Shown piece after piece: positions 50,381-60,097 of a DNA stretch of 64,000 nucleotides; the first letter of the stretch is position 1; every line of letters starts with the position of its first letter. The notes beneath the pieces were generated by a model. It saw only the letters and a program-made list of their open reading frames with translations. It searched no databases and was not told the origin of the DNA. Origin of the DNA: Candidatus Limnocylindrales bacterium (GTDB lineage Bacteria; Chloroflexota; Limnocylindria; Limnocylindrales; CSP1-4); the NCBI GenBank assembly GCA_036834865.1, contig DAITNC010000001.1, positions 1,939-65,938 of the forward strand, given 5' to 3'. A program made the translations under genes and the position numbers.

Positions 50381-51085
50381 ATGACCGACCCCAACGGCCA
50401 TCTCCTCGCGACCGAACCCCCGCGGACCGCAGCACAGGCTGCCCACGACGGTCTCGACCGGGCGATTCTCGTGGCCCTGCGCGACATTGGCGCCTGCGGG
50501 CCGGACCGGCTTGCGACCAGCGTCGGCGCCAGCCGCGCCAGCGTCCTCCAACGCCTGCACTGGCTGGAATCGCGCGGCTCCGTCATCCGCCAGGCCATCC
50601 GCCACGGCGTGGGTCGGCCGCGCCACCTGTATGACGTCACCCCAGAAGCGCAGCGAAGCCTTCCCGCCAACTACGACGGCCTCGCTACGACGCTCCTCGA
50701 GTCGATCGTCGAGGTCGGCGGCGATCCGCTGGTCGAGGCGGTCTTCGAGGCCCGCCGGCGGCTCCTCGCGGAGCGGATCCGGGCCCGCTTCGCGGAGACC
50801 CTCGGACCGTCGCCTTCGCTCGCCGCGCGCGTCCGGGAGCTGGCGGTCATCCAGGACGAGTCCGGCTACCTGTGTCGCGCCGCGCCCCTCGACGGCATCG
50901 AAGGGCCGCTGGAGCTGCGGGAGGCGAACTGCGCGATCCTGGGCGCGGCAGCGGGTCACCCGGCCGCATGTCGCGCGGAGATCCTGCTGTTCGAGGAGGT
51001 CCTGCAGGCGCGCGTGACCCGCCTCACGCACATCGCGGCGGGCGACCGCTCCTGCACCTACCGGATCGAGCCCCGCGAAGCCTGA
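50381..51085 (+). CDS. winged-helix transcriptional regulator with C-terminal 4-Cys motif (SufR/ArsR-like)
   Basis: N-terminal HTH ('LVALRDIGACGPDRLATSVGASRASVLQRLHWLESRG'); the C-terminus has four spaced Cys residues. Confidence 0.6.
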   Translation: MTDPNGHLLATEPPRTAAQAAHDGLDRAILVALRDIGACGPDRLATSVGASRASVLQRLHWLESRGSVIRQAIRHGVGRPRHLYDVTPEAQRSLPANYDGLATTLLESIVEVGGDPLVEAVFEARRRLLAERIRARFAETLGPSPSLAARVRELAVIQDESGYLCRAAPLDGIEGPLELREANCAILGAAAGHPAACRAEILLFEEVLQARVTRLTHIAAGDRSCTYRIEPREA

Positions 51086-51089
51086 CCGG

Positions 51090-52145
51090 CTACGCCTCTT
51101 CGCGCTCCACCTCGACGCGGGTCGCCGGCTCCAGGCGCGGGAGCGGCACGTCGCTCACGTTCGGCACGAACGAGGCCTGCATGGCCGTCCGGGCAACCTC
51201 CTCCTGCTCCGCGAGACTGAGGATCCCCAGCCGGCCCAGCGTCGCCAGCTCGTCGCGGATGTAGGTCTTCAGCATCTCCGGACCGTCCGTGTTGATCGTG
51301 AAGCGGACCTCGTTGCGCCGGAAGGTGTCGAAGATCCAGCGGAACTCGTCCCAGCCGGAGACCACTCGGGTGTTCAGGTTCGACGTCGGGCAGATCTCCA
51401 GGACGATTCCGCGCTCGCGGATCATGGCCATCGTCCGGGGGTCGTAGGCAGCCTTGACCCCGTGGCCGATCCGGTCGGGCTCCAGCTCCTCGATGACGTC
51501 GGCGATCTCCTCCACCGGCCCGGACTCGCCGGTGTGGACGGTGATCCCCAGGTGGTGGCGCCGCACCCGCTGGAACAGCCGCCGGTATTCCTTCACCCGG
51601 AACCCGGACGACTCCGGGCCCGCGATGTCGATGCCGACGATCCCGCGGTCGCGTCCGCTGATCGCCTTCTCGGCGATGATCTCGTTCAGCTGGTATGGGA
51701 AGGCGCGGTCAAGGCAGAGGATCAGGCCCGGCCTGATGGGGTATTCCAGGACTGCCCGGTCCATCCCGCGCATCGCCGCCGCGATGATGTGGTCCAGGTC
51801 CTGCTCGCCGCCGCGGTTCCGCTTCGCCGGGTTGAAGCGGAGCTCCATCGTCGTCACGTTGTTCTTGCGATAGGCCCCGCCGACCACTTCGTAGACCGAG
51901 CGCTCGATCGCGATCGGAGACGACTGGATCAGCTCGGTCCAGTGAAACAGGTCCAGGTACCCGTCGAAGGAGTGCCCGTGCCGGCTTGAGACCGTGATCA
52001 TGTCCCGGAACTCCCAGTAGTCCTTCGTCGGGAGCCGGATCCCCTGGCTGTGCGCGATGCCCCACATGATCGCCGGCGTCACCGCGCCGCCCAGGTGGCA
52101 GTGGAGCTCGGCGAGCGGGATCTTGCGCGAGAGCGGGCGGGTCAT
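51090..52145 (-). CDS. add: adenosine deaminase
   Basis: 'LAELHCHLGG', 'ITVHTGESG', 'NTDGPEM' metal-binding motifs. Start trimmed to MTRPLSRK... Confidence 0.85.
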   Translation of the reverse strand: MTRPLSRKIPLAELHCHLGGAVTPAIMWGIAHSQGIRLPTKDYWEFRDMITVSSRHGHSFDGYLDLFHWTELIQSSPIAIERSVYEVVGGAYRKNNVTTMELRFNPAKRNRGGEQDLDHIIAAAMRGMDRAVLEYPIRPGLILCLDRAFPYQLNEIIAEKAISGRDRGIVGIDIAGPESSGFRVKEYRRLFQRVRRHHLGITVHTGESGPVEEIADVIEELEPDRIGHGVKAAYDPRTMAMIRERGIVLEICPTSNLNTRVVSGWDEFRWIFDTFRRNEVRFTINTDGPEMLKTYIRDELATLGRLGILSLAEQEEVARTAMQASFVPNVSDVPLPRLEPATRVEVEREEA

Positions 52146-52383
52146 GCCGACAGGATATCGCGGGAGCGGGCGAGCGCCGCTCCGTGGACGCGGCACCGTG
52201 CGCCGACCGCAACGCGCCGGTCGCGGCTGGCTTGGGGACCGGTATGGACGGCTGGGTTGCAGTACGGTACGGGCTGCGCACCCGTGCATGCATTCCCGCT
52301 GCTGGCTGGACAGACACCTGCAGGGTCACCGGCATGGCGGTGTGTCGGAGGGTGCCCGAGCGTCGCACCAAAAGGAGGAGCTC

Positions 52384-53397
52384 ATGTCCATCTCGCGTCC
52401 CCGCGAGCTCGCGCTCGCGGGTGCGATTGCCATCGTCCTGGCCGCCTGTTCCGGCGGCGCGAGTCCAACTCCTGCCGCCCCGGCCAGCGTAGCGCCCTCG
52501 GCCGCCGCGCCGTCAACCGCGCCGAGCCCATCGCCGGCCGCCGCCCCGTCAACCGCGCCGAGCCCATCGCCGGCCGCCAGCCCGTCGCCGGCCGCGGCGA
52601 CGATCGCGGTTCCTGCCGGCCAGCTCATCTTCACCGGCAAGCTGGTCATCTGCTCCGACATCCCGTATCCGCCGCAGGAGTTCTTCGACAGCTCGGGGAA
52701 CGCCACCGGCTCCGACATCGACATCGGCACCGAGATCGCCAAGCGCCTCGGCCTGACCGCGCAGGTCCAGAACTCGGTGTTCGACACGATCATCGCCGCG
52801 CTCACCGGCGGCAAGTGCGACATCATCATCTCGGCCCAGAACATCACGACCGACCGCGTGAAGCAGGTCGACATGATCCCGTACTACGAGGCCGGCCAGT
52901 CGTTCGTGGTCGCCACGGGCAACCCCAAGAGCATCAAGGTGCAGGACGACCTGTGCGGCAAGGCAATCGGCGCCGAGACCGGCACGACCGAGGTCGACTA
53001 CCTGAACGGGACCGGCGACTACAAGGGCCAGGGCCTGTCCGCCGCCTGCACGGCGAAGGGCAAGGCCGCGATCACGGTCAAGAGCTACGCCAAGGACAGC
53101 GACGCCCTGCTGGCCCTCCAGACCGGGAAGGTCGACGCCTACTTCGCCGACTCGCCGGTCGCCGGGTACTACACGGTCCAGCATCCGGACCAGTTCCAGC
53201 TCTCGGGCCTGACGCTCGGCGTGGCGCTCGAGGGCATCAGCGTCTCGAAGTCGAACACGGGGCTCCGGGACGCCGTCCAGCAGGCGCTGGTCGCGATGAT
53301 CAACGACGGGACGTACCTGTCGATCCTCAAGAAGTACGGTGACGACCCCGGAGCGATCACGGCGAGCGTGGCGGGGCAGCTGAACAAGACGAAGTAG
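52384..53397 (+). CDS. amino-acid ABC transporter substrate-binding lipoprotein (family 3)
   Basis: AGGAGGAG RBS, lipobox 'LAACSGG'. An Ala/Pro/Ser linker contains a tandem 12-aa duplication. Confidence 0.85.
   Translation: MSISRPRELALAGAIAIVLAACSGGASPTPAAPASVAPSAAAPSTAPSPSPAAAPSTAPSPSPAASPSPAAATIAVPAGQLIFTGKLVICSDIPYPPQEFFDSSGNATGSDIDIGTEIAKRLGLTAQVQNSVFDTIIAALTGGKCDIIISAQNITTDRVKQVDMIPYYEAGQSFVVATGNPKSIKVQDDLCGKAIGAETGTTEVDYLNGTGDYKGQGLSAACTAKGKAAITVKSYAKDSDALLALQTGKVDAYFADSPVAGYYTVQHPDQFQLSGLTLGVALEGISVSKSNTGLRDAVQQALVAMINDGTYLSILKKYGDDPGAITASVAGQLNKTK
52507..52578 (+). repeat. tandem in-frame duplication (2 x 36 nt) in binding-protein linker
   Basis: 'ccgtcaaccgcgccgagcccatcgccggccgcc' occurs twice back to back, encoding APSTAPSPSPAA x2. 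Confidence 0.8.
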
Positions 53398-53431
53398 GCG
53401 CCCCAGCTCCGGCAGCGCGAGCCATCCGGCC

Positions 53432-54343
53432 ATGAGCGGCGCCCGTCGCACCAGGTCCGGGTCGATGCCACGGCTAGCCCGCGGGCTAGCCGTGGCATTC
53501 CTGTTGGTCATCGTCCTCGCGGGCTGTGCCGGCCAGAGCCGGGCGCCCTTCAGGTTCGACACTGACGTCTTCACGCATGCCCTCTTCAGCCCGGACAGCC
53601 AGATCCTCAACGGGCTGTGGCTCACCGTCGTTATCTCGGTGGTCAGCCAGGTCATCGGCATCCTGCTCGGGATCTTCGGGGCGCTGGGCCGGATGTCGCG
53701 ACGAGCGCCGTTCCGGCTGATCGCTAACTTCTACATCTGGGTCTTCCGCGGGACGCCGCTCCTCGTCCAGCTCGTGTTCTTCTTCTTCGGCCTGGGCGCG
53801 GCCCACATCTACGATTGGCCGGCCATCAACCTGCTGGGGCTCTCGATCCCCGGCGAGATCCAGGCCGGGATCTTCGCGCTCGGCCTCAACGAGGGCGCCT
53901 ACATGTCCGAGATCGTGCGGGCCGGGATCATCTCGATCGATGCCGGGCAGATGGAGGCCGCGAAGTCGCTGGGGATGACGTTCGGCCTCGGCATGCGCCG
54001 CATCGTCCTGCCCCAGGCCGCGCGGATCATCATCCCGCCGCTGGGTAACGAGTTCAACAACATGCTCAAGACCACGTCCCTGCTGTTCGTGATCGGCGTC
54101 CAGGAGCTCTACACGACCTTCTCCATCAAGCAGAGCCAGAACTTCCAGCCGTTCGAGATGTATCTCGCCTGCGCTCTCTGGTTCCTGCTCCTCACGACGA
54201 TCTGGAGCGTCATCCAGGCCTATATCGAGCGGCGGCTCGGCAAGGGCGTGGCCGGGGCGTCGACCGGTGGACGAAGCCTGCGCGACCGGATGTTCGGCAA
54301 GCGCGGGCCGGTCGAGCCCAGCCTCGTGAGCGGGGGCCGCTGA
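53432..54343 (+). CDS. amino-acid ABC transporter permease
   Basis: HisM/GlnP-like permease, 'EAAKSLGMT' EAA loop. Confidence 0.85.
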   Translation: MSGARRTRSGSMPRLARGLAVAFLLVIVLAGCAGQSRAPFRFDTDVFTHALFSPDSQILNGLWLTVVISVVSQVIGILLGIFGALGRMSRRAPFRLIANFYIWVFRGTPLLVQLVFFFFGLGAAHIYDWPAINLLGLSIPGEIQAGIFALGLNEGAYMSEIVRAGIISIDAGQMEAAKSLGMTFGLGMRRIVLPQAARIIIPPLGNEFNNMLKTTSLLFVIGVQELYTTFSIKQSQNFQPFEMYLACALWFLLLTTIWSVIQAYIERRLGKGVAGASTGGRSLRDRMFGKRGPVEPSLVSGGR

Positions 54344-55164
54344 TGGCGGTGGAGCGGCCGGGCGACCTCCTCGCGGCGATCGGCGGCGTCCCGGCGGCGG
54401 CGACCGAGCTGGTGGTCGAGGCGACCGACGTCCACAAGTGGTTCGGCCGGCTGCACGTTCTCAAGGGCGTCTCGATGACCGTGAAGCGCCAGGAGGTCGT
54501 CGTCGTCATCGGCGCCTCGGGCTCCGGCAAGACGACGTTCATCCGCTGCGTCAACCACCTGGAGAAGATCCAGCAGGGGCGGATCTCGGTGAACGGCCAC
54601 CTCATCGGGTACCGCGACGTGAACGGCCGCCTGGTCGAAGACCGGGAGCGCAACATCGCGAAGCAGCGCCAGGAGATCGGGATGGTCTTCCAGCGCTTCA
54701 ACCTGTTCCCCCACAAGACGGCGCTGGAGAACATCACCGAGGCTCCCATCCACGTCCGCGGGGTCCCCCAGGACGAGGCGATCGAGACGGGCCGCGCCCT
54801 GCTCTCGCGGGTCGGCCTGTCCGCCAAGTCGGACGTCTACCCGACCCAGCTCTCCGGCGGCCAGCAGCAGCGGGTAGCGATTGCCCGGGCGCTGGCCATG
54901 AAGCCCGCGCTCATGCTGTTCGACGAGCCGACCAGCGCGCTCGACCCGGAGATGATCGGCGAAGTCCTGGAGGTCATGAAGGAGCTCGCCCGGGAGGGCA
55001 TGACGATGATCGTCGTCACCCACGAGATGGGCTTCGCCCGCGAGGTCGCGGACCGGGTCGTGATGATGGATGACGGCCAGATCATCGAGGACGGCACGCC
55101 GGAGCACTTCTTCACCAGCCCGACGCACGAGCGCACGAAGAGCTTCCTCTCCAAGATCCTCTGA
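54343..55164 (+). CDS. amino-acid ABC transporter ATP-binding protein
   Basis: 'GASGSGKTT', '[14 protein letters not shown]', '[11 protein letters not shown]'. Confidence 0.9.
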   Translation: MAVERPGDLLAAIGGVPAAATELVVEATDVHKWFGRLHVLKGVSMTVKRQEVVVVIGASGSGKTTFIRCVNHLEKIQQGRISVNGHLIGYRDVNGRLVEDRERNIAKQRQEIGMVFQRFNLFPHKTALENITEAPIHVRGVPQDEAIETGRALLSRVGLSAKSDVYPTQLSGGQQQRVAIARALAMKPALMLFDEPTSALDPEMIGEVLEVMKELAREGMTMIVVTHEMGFAREVADRVVMMDDGQIIEDGTPEHFFTSPTHERTKSFLSKIL

Positions 55165-55225
55165 GGGGTGCGGCTCCGGCCGGGCGCCCGGCGGTCGCCC
55201 GAACGCCGTCCGGCGCGAGCCGGGT

Positions 55226-56230
55226 TCAGGCGGGGATGACCCGCCCCTGGGAGTCGAGGGTCGCCTGACGCCGGAGCGCGCGCAGCTCGGCGCCCGGAAC
55301 CTGGTCGCGTGCGTGGTACGACGAGCGCACCAGCGGCCCCGATTCGACGTGCCGGAACCCGAGCGCCAGCGCCTCCACCTTCATCTCCGCGAACTCGTCG
55401 GGGTGGTAGTAGCGGACCAGCGGCAGGTGGGCCACCGAGGGCCGCAGGTACTGGCCGATCGTGAGGATGTCGCAGTCCACGGCGCGCAGGTCGCGGAACG
55501 CCTGCGAGAGCTCGGCGCGCTCCTCGCCGAGGCCCACCATGATGGAGCTCTTCGTGTGGGCGACCCGCCCCAGCTCGGCCGCGTACGCCTTCGCACGCTG
55601 CAGCACGCCCAGGCTCCTGTCGTAGCGGGCACGCTTCCGGACCGGGACCTGCAGCCGCTCGACGGTCTCCACGTTGTGGTTGAGGATGTCCGGGCCGGCG
55701 GCCATCACCGTCCGGAGCGGGACCTGCTGGCCGTTGAAGTCGGGGATGAGCACTTCCACGCCCATCCCCGGGCAGCGGTCGCGCAACCGCCGGATGGTCT
55801 CCGCGAAGACGCTCGCGCCCCCGTCGGGGAGGTCGTCCCGGGCGACGGAGGTGACGACCACGTGCTCGAGGCCCATCGCAGCCACGGCCTCCGCCACCCG
55901 GCGGGGCTCGTCCGCGTCGAACCACGTCGGCCGGCCGGTCCTGATGGCGCAGAACCCGCAGGCCCGCGTGCACGTGTCGCCGAGGATCATCACGGTCGCG
56001 GTCCGCTGGTCCCAGCACTCCCCGACGTTCGGGCAGCGGGCCTCCTCGCAGACGGTGTTGAGGTTCTGGGTCCGCATGAGGCGCCGGAGATCCTCGTAGC
56101 GGTCGCCGCCCGCGATCCTGGCCTTGAGCCAGTCGGGATGGCGACGGGCGGCCGGCCCGCCCTCGGCCAGGACGGCCGTTCCGGGGTCCGGCGCCCCCGG
56201 GGGCATGAAGATCGGCAGCTCGCGGTTCAT
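55226..56230 (-). CDS. lipA: lipoyl synthase
   Basis: 'CEEARCPNVGEC' auxiliary cluster and 'CTRACGFC' radical-SAM cluster. Confidence 0.9.
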   Translation of the reverse strand: MNRELPIFMPPGAPDPGTAVLAEGGPAARRHPDWLKARIAGGDRYEDLRRLMRTQNLNTVCEEARCPNVGECWDQRTATVMILGDTCTRACGFCAIRTGRPTWFDADEPRRVAEAVAAMGLEHVVVTSVARDDLPDGGASVFAETIRRLRDRCPGMGVEVLIPDFNGQQVPLRTVMAAGPDILNHNVETVERLQVPVRKRARYDRSLGVLQRAKAYAAELGRVAHTKSSIMVGLGEERAELSQAFRDLRAVDCDILTIGQYLRPSVAHLPLVRYYHPDEFAEMKVEALALGFRHVESGPLVRSSYHARDQVPGAELRALRRQATLDSQGRVIPA

Positions 56231-56565
56231 CGTGGGCCAGTGTACGGCGCCGGCCCGCGCTGGCCCACGAGCCGAAGGCGGCCCGCGGCTGTGCCCTCCA
56301 GGAGCACGAGCAGAAGGTGGTCGAGGTGGTAGCCACTGTCCACGTCCGAGACCCCGTCGAGCATTCCCAGGCGGACGTCGTCCGTTCGCACATAGAGCTC
56401 GCGCCCGCAGCGCTCCAAGTTCGGGCAGGTGTCGACCGACGCCGGGACGGTCGCGTCCGGACAGGCGTCCAGCGGGCCCTCGGCCTCCTCGGACGCCCCG
56501 CTGCGCGGGTCCGCCGCGTCTCCTCCTAGTAGAGCGGCGTCTCCGGGCCGACGCTCTCGAGCCAC
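56227..56565 (-). CDS. hypothetical small protein between E2 and lipA
   Basis: 112 aa ORF with about 85 % GC3 (coding-like) filling an otherwise 295-nt gap; three Cys residues. The start overlaps the E2 3' end, so it is uncertain. Confidence 0.3.
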   Translation of the reverse strand: MARERRPGDAALLGGDAADPRSGASEEAEGPLDACPDATVPASVDTCPNLERCGRELYVRTDDVRLGMLDGVSDVDSGYHLDHLLLVLLEGTAAGRLRLVGQRGPAPYTGPR

Positions 56566-57923
56566 GCCTTCACGTCGCGGAGGAAGAAGCCGGCCTGGGC
56601 GCCGTCGTTCGCGCGGTGGTCGATCCCGATCACCATGTTCATCACCGAACGGATCGCGATCACATCGCCCTGGGGCGTCTCGCGCACGACGGGGCGCTTC
56701 GTGATGGCCTCCATGGTGAGGATCGCGACCTCCGGAACGTTGATGATCGGCATCGTCAGGTTGCTGCCGAACCAGCCGGTGTTGTCCACCGTGAAGGTCC
56801 CGCCCCCGAAGTCGTCCGACCGGAACCGGTTGGCTCGGGCACGGACCGCCACCTCCGCGATGGCCCGGTTGATCCCGTTGATGGAGAGCTGGTCCACGTC
56901 GCGGATGACGGGCACGATCAGGCCGTCGTCAACGGCCACCGCGACGCCCAGGTTGACGTGACGCCGGGCCATCAGCCCCTCGTCCGTCCACACGGCGTTG
57001 AAGGTGGGCTGCTTCCGGAGCGCCTCGACGACGGCCTTCATCACGAACGGGACGTAGCTGAGGCCCATGCCCTCGCGCGCCTCGTACTCGCGCTTCACGG
57101 TTTCGCGCAGCCGCACCAGGCTCGTCACGTCCACCTCGACGTGCACGTACGCGTGGGGCGCCTGGAGGGCGCGTGTCATCTGCGCGGCGATCCCTTTCCG
57201 CATCTTCGTCATCGACACGAGGACTTCGTCCGCGCCGGGCGGGAAGACGACCGCTGGGCCGGTCGCGGTCGCGGGGCCGGTGCCCGTCGCGGGCGCGGCG
57301 CCGGTCACCCCGGCCGACGGGGTCCCGCCGGCGGCTGCCCTGGCGACGCCCGTGCTGGTCGCCCCGGTGCGAATCGCCTCGACGACGGCGAGGACGTCGT
57401 CGCGGGTGATCCTGCCCCCGCCGCCGGTCCCGGCGACCTGGGTGACGGACAGGCCGTGCTCGCGGAGCAGCCGACGGACCGCCGGAGTCATCCGCGCGTC
57501 CGGGTCGCCGAGCTCGGGGAGCGGCGCGGCGAGCGACGCGGCGGGCACGACCGGCGGATGGGTGGGAGCGGGAGCGGGAGCCTCCGCGCGGGTCCCGGGC
57601 ACCTGGGCCGGTGGGTTCGCGGTGGCGGACGGCGCAGCGGATGCCGCATCCGGTGCCGACGGCGTCGGGGCCGGCGCTTCGTCCGCGTCCGAGGTCTCGA
57701 TCTCGGCGATGTCGGCGTTGTTCGGGACGGTGGCGCCTTCCTCCGCGAGGATCGCGGTCAGGACGCCCGCGAACGGCGACGGCACCTCGGCGTTCACCTT
57801 GTCGGTGATCACCTCGACGATCGGCTCGTACTTCTCCACCCGGTCCCCGGGCTTCTTGAGCCACCGGCCGATCGTGCCCTCGGCGACGCTCTCGCCGAGC
57901 TGCGGCATCCTCACCTTCGCCAC
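56526..57923 (-). CDS. 2-oxoacid dehydrogenase E2 (dihydrolipoamide acyltransferase)
   Basis: Lipoyl domain 'EGTIGRWLKKPGDRVEKYEPIVEVITDKV', Ala/Pro linkers, catalytic 'DHRANDGA'. Confidence 0.9.
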   Translation of the reverse strand: MAKVRMPQLGESVAEGTIGRWLKKPGDRVEKYEPIVEVITDKVNAEVPSPFAGVLTAILAEEGATVPNNADIAEIETSDADEAPAPTPSAPDAASAAPSATANPPAQVPGTRAEAPAPAPTHPPVVPAASLAAPLPELGDPDARMTPAVRRLLREHGLSVTQVAGTGGGGRITRDDVLAVVEAIRTGATSTGVARAAAGGTPSAGVTGAAPATGTGPATATGPAVVFPPGADEVLVSMTKMRKGIAAQMTRALQAPHAYVHVEVDVTSLVRLRETVKREYEAREGMGLSYVPFVMKAVVEALRKQPTFNAVWTDEGLMARRHVNLGVAVAVDDGLIVPVIRDVDQLSINGINRAIAEVAVRARANRFRSDDFGGGTFTVDNTGWFGSNLTMPIINVPEVAILTMEAITKRPVVRETPQGDVIAIRSVMNMVIGIDHRANDGAQAGFFLRDVKAWLESVGPETPLY

Positions 57924-58030
57924 CGGGCGTCCTCCTCCACGGGACCGATGTCGGCCCTGTCGTCCACGTCCTCGCTAGTGTGGCCGATCCGGGCCGGCAC
58001 GGCACGCGAGCGGTCCATCTAACCCGAGCG

Positions 58031-59014
58031 TCAGTAGGCCGCCAGCTTCCGGATCGCGGCCGCGATCTTCTCAGGCGTGACAAGGAACGCGTCCTCCAGG
58101 ACGCTCGCGTACGGCGCCGCGGGCGACTCGGGGCCGGCAAGGCGGGTGACAGGGCCGTCGAGGTAGTCGAACGCTTCCTCGGCCACGAGCGCCGCGACCT
58201 CGGCCCCGAACCCGCCGAACCGGTTGTCCTCGTGGACCACCAGGCACTTGCCGGTCTTGCGGACGGACGCCAGCACGGTGGCGGCGTCGAGGGGCCGGAT
58301 CGTCCGGAGGTCCACGACCTCCGTCTCGATCCCCTCCCCGGCAACGCGAGCCGCGGCGTCAAGCGCGTAGTGGACCATCAGGCCGTACGCCACCACCGTG
58401 ACCCGGCTTCCCTCGCGGGTCACCGTGGCGCGACCGAGCGGCACCGTGTACTCGCCGTCGGGCACCTCGCCGCGCACGCTCCGGTACATCTTCTTGTGCT
58501 CCAGGAAGATGACCGGGTCGGGGTCCCGGATCGCCGACAGCAGGAGGCCTTTCGCGTCGTACGGGGTCGAGGGGATCACCACCTTCAGGCCCGGCACGTG
58601 GGCGAAGAACGCCTCCACGGACTGGCTGTGATAGAGCGCGCCGTGGACGCCCGCCCCGAACGGCGCCCGGATGGTGATGGGGCAGCCGTACGTCCCGTTG
58701 CTGCGGTACCGGATCCGGGCCGCCTCCTCGATGATCTGGTTCATGGCCGGGAAGATGAAGTCGGCGAACTGGATCTCGGCCACCGGCCGCAGGCCGTTGG
58801 CAGCCGCGCCGATGCTGACCCCGGCGATCATGGATTCGGTGAGCGGGGTGTCGATCACCCGGTCGTCGCCGAACTCCGCCCAGAGCCCGTCGGTGGCAAA
58901 GAAGACGCCGCCCTTCTTGCCGACGTCCTCCCCGAGCACGATCACGGCGCTGTCGCGGCGCATCTCCTCGCGCAGCCCCTCGCGGACCGCCTCGATGAAT
59001 GTGCGGACGGCCAT
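58031..59014 (-). CDS. 2-oxoacid dehydrogenase E1 beta subunit
   Basis: Transketolase-like pyrimidine-binding domain ('VIVLGEDVG', 'DTPLTES'). Confidence 0.9.
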   Translation of the reverse strand: MAVRTFIEAVREGLREEMRRDSAVIVLGEDVGKKGGVFFATDGLWAEFGDDRVIDTPLTESMIAGVSIGAAANGLRPVAEIQFADFIFPAMNQIIEEAARIRYRSNGTYGCPITIRAPFGAGVHGALYHSQSVEAFFAHVPGLKVVIPSTPYDAKGLLLSAIRDPDPVIFLEHKKMYRSVRGEVPDGEYTVPLGRATVTREGSRVTVVAYGLMVHYALDAAARVAGEGIETEVVDLRTIRPLDAATVLASVRKTGKCLVVHEDNRFGGFGAEVAALVAEEAFDYLDGPVTRLAGPESPAAPYASVLEDAFLVTPEKIAAAIRKLAAY

Positions 59015-60048
59015 CAGCCGGGCTCCGCGTAGACGTGCCGCGTGAGCGTGGCGGGATCCGGGTCGGCGGCCGCCTCCGCGAAGTCGGTCGCGTCATCGAC
59101 GAGCCCGCGGATCTCGGTCGCGAGCGTCGCCTCCTCGGCCTCGCCCAGGAGGCCGGCCGCCCGGAGCTCGTCGCGGAACGCGGGCAGTGGGTCGCGGCCG
59201 CGCCCGGCCGCCAGGTCCTCCTCCGTCCGGTACTTCGTCTGCTGGTCGTCCGACGAGTGGCCGGTCAACCGGGTGACCTTTGCCTCGATCAACGTGGGGC
59301 CGTCGCCCGTGAGCGCCCGCGCCACTGCGTCGCGCATCGCCAGGTAGCAGCCCAGGACGTCCGTCCCGTCCACGATCACGCCCGGCATGTTGTAGCCCGC
59401 GGCGCGGACCGCCACGTCGCGAACGGCAACCTGCTTCTCTGCCGGCACGCTGATCGCGTAACCGTTGTTCTCGACGAGGAGGACCATGGGGAGGCGGTGA
59501 ATCCCGGCGAAGTTCAGGGCCTCGTGGACGTCTCCCTGGTTGGCGGCGCCCTCCCCCATCATCACGGTCGTCACCTGTGGCTCGCCACGGAGCTTCGACG
59601 CCAGTGCGATGCCTGCGGCGTGGAGCGCCTGCGTCCCGACGGGCGACGAGCTGCTGAAGATCCGGTACGCCGCGCCGCCGTAGTGGGCCGGCATCTGGCG
59701 CCCGCCCGAGCCGGGATCGTCGGCCCGCCCGAACTGCTGGAGCATCACCTCGCGCGGCGTCATCCCGAACGCGAGCACCGCGGCCATGGAGCGGTAGTAC
59801 GGGAGGAGCCAGTCGCGGCCGGGAGTGAGCGCGGCGCAGATCCCGGCCTCGGCGCCCTCGTGGCCCTGGGCGCTGATCACGAAGTGCACGCGACCGGACC
59901 GGTTGAGGATCCAGGCGCGCTCGTCGAGCGCCCGGGCGAGTGCCATCAGGCGGTAAATCTCGCGCAGCCGTGCCGCCGGCAGGCCGGAGCGGGCGGCGGG
60001 ATCGGGCGTGATGGGCGCCCCCGAGTTCGTCACGCGGCGACTGTACAC
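59014..60048 (-). CDS. 2-oxoacid dehydrogenase E1 alpha subunit (TPP-binding)
   Basis: 'MGEGAANQGDVHEALNFA' TPP-binding motif. Confidence 0.85.
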   Translation of the reverse strand: MYSRRVTNSGAPITPDPAARSGLPAARLREIYRLMALARALDERAWILNRSGRVHFVISAQGHEGAEAGICAALTPGRDWLLPYYRSMAAVLAFGMTPREVMLQQFGRADDPGSGGRQMPAHYGGAAYRIFSSSSPVGTQALHAAGIALASKLRGEPQVTTVMMGEGAANQGDVHEALNFAGIHRLPMVLLVENNGYAISVPAEKQVAVRDVAVRAAGYNMPGVIVDGTDVLGCYLAMRDAVARALTGDGPTLIEAKVTRLTGHSSDDQQTKYRTEEDLAAGRGRDPLPAFRDELRAAGLLGEAEEATLATEIRGLVDDATDFAEAAADPDPATLTRHVYAEPG

Positions 60049-60097
60049 GGGCCGTGGCCTGGCGCGGCCAACGAGAACCCCCCGGGCGCGAAGCGGA

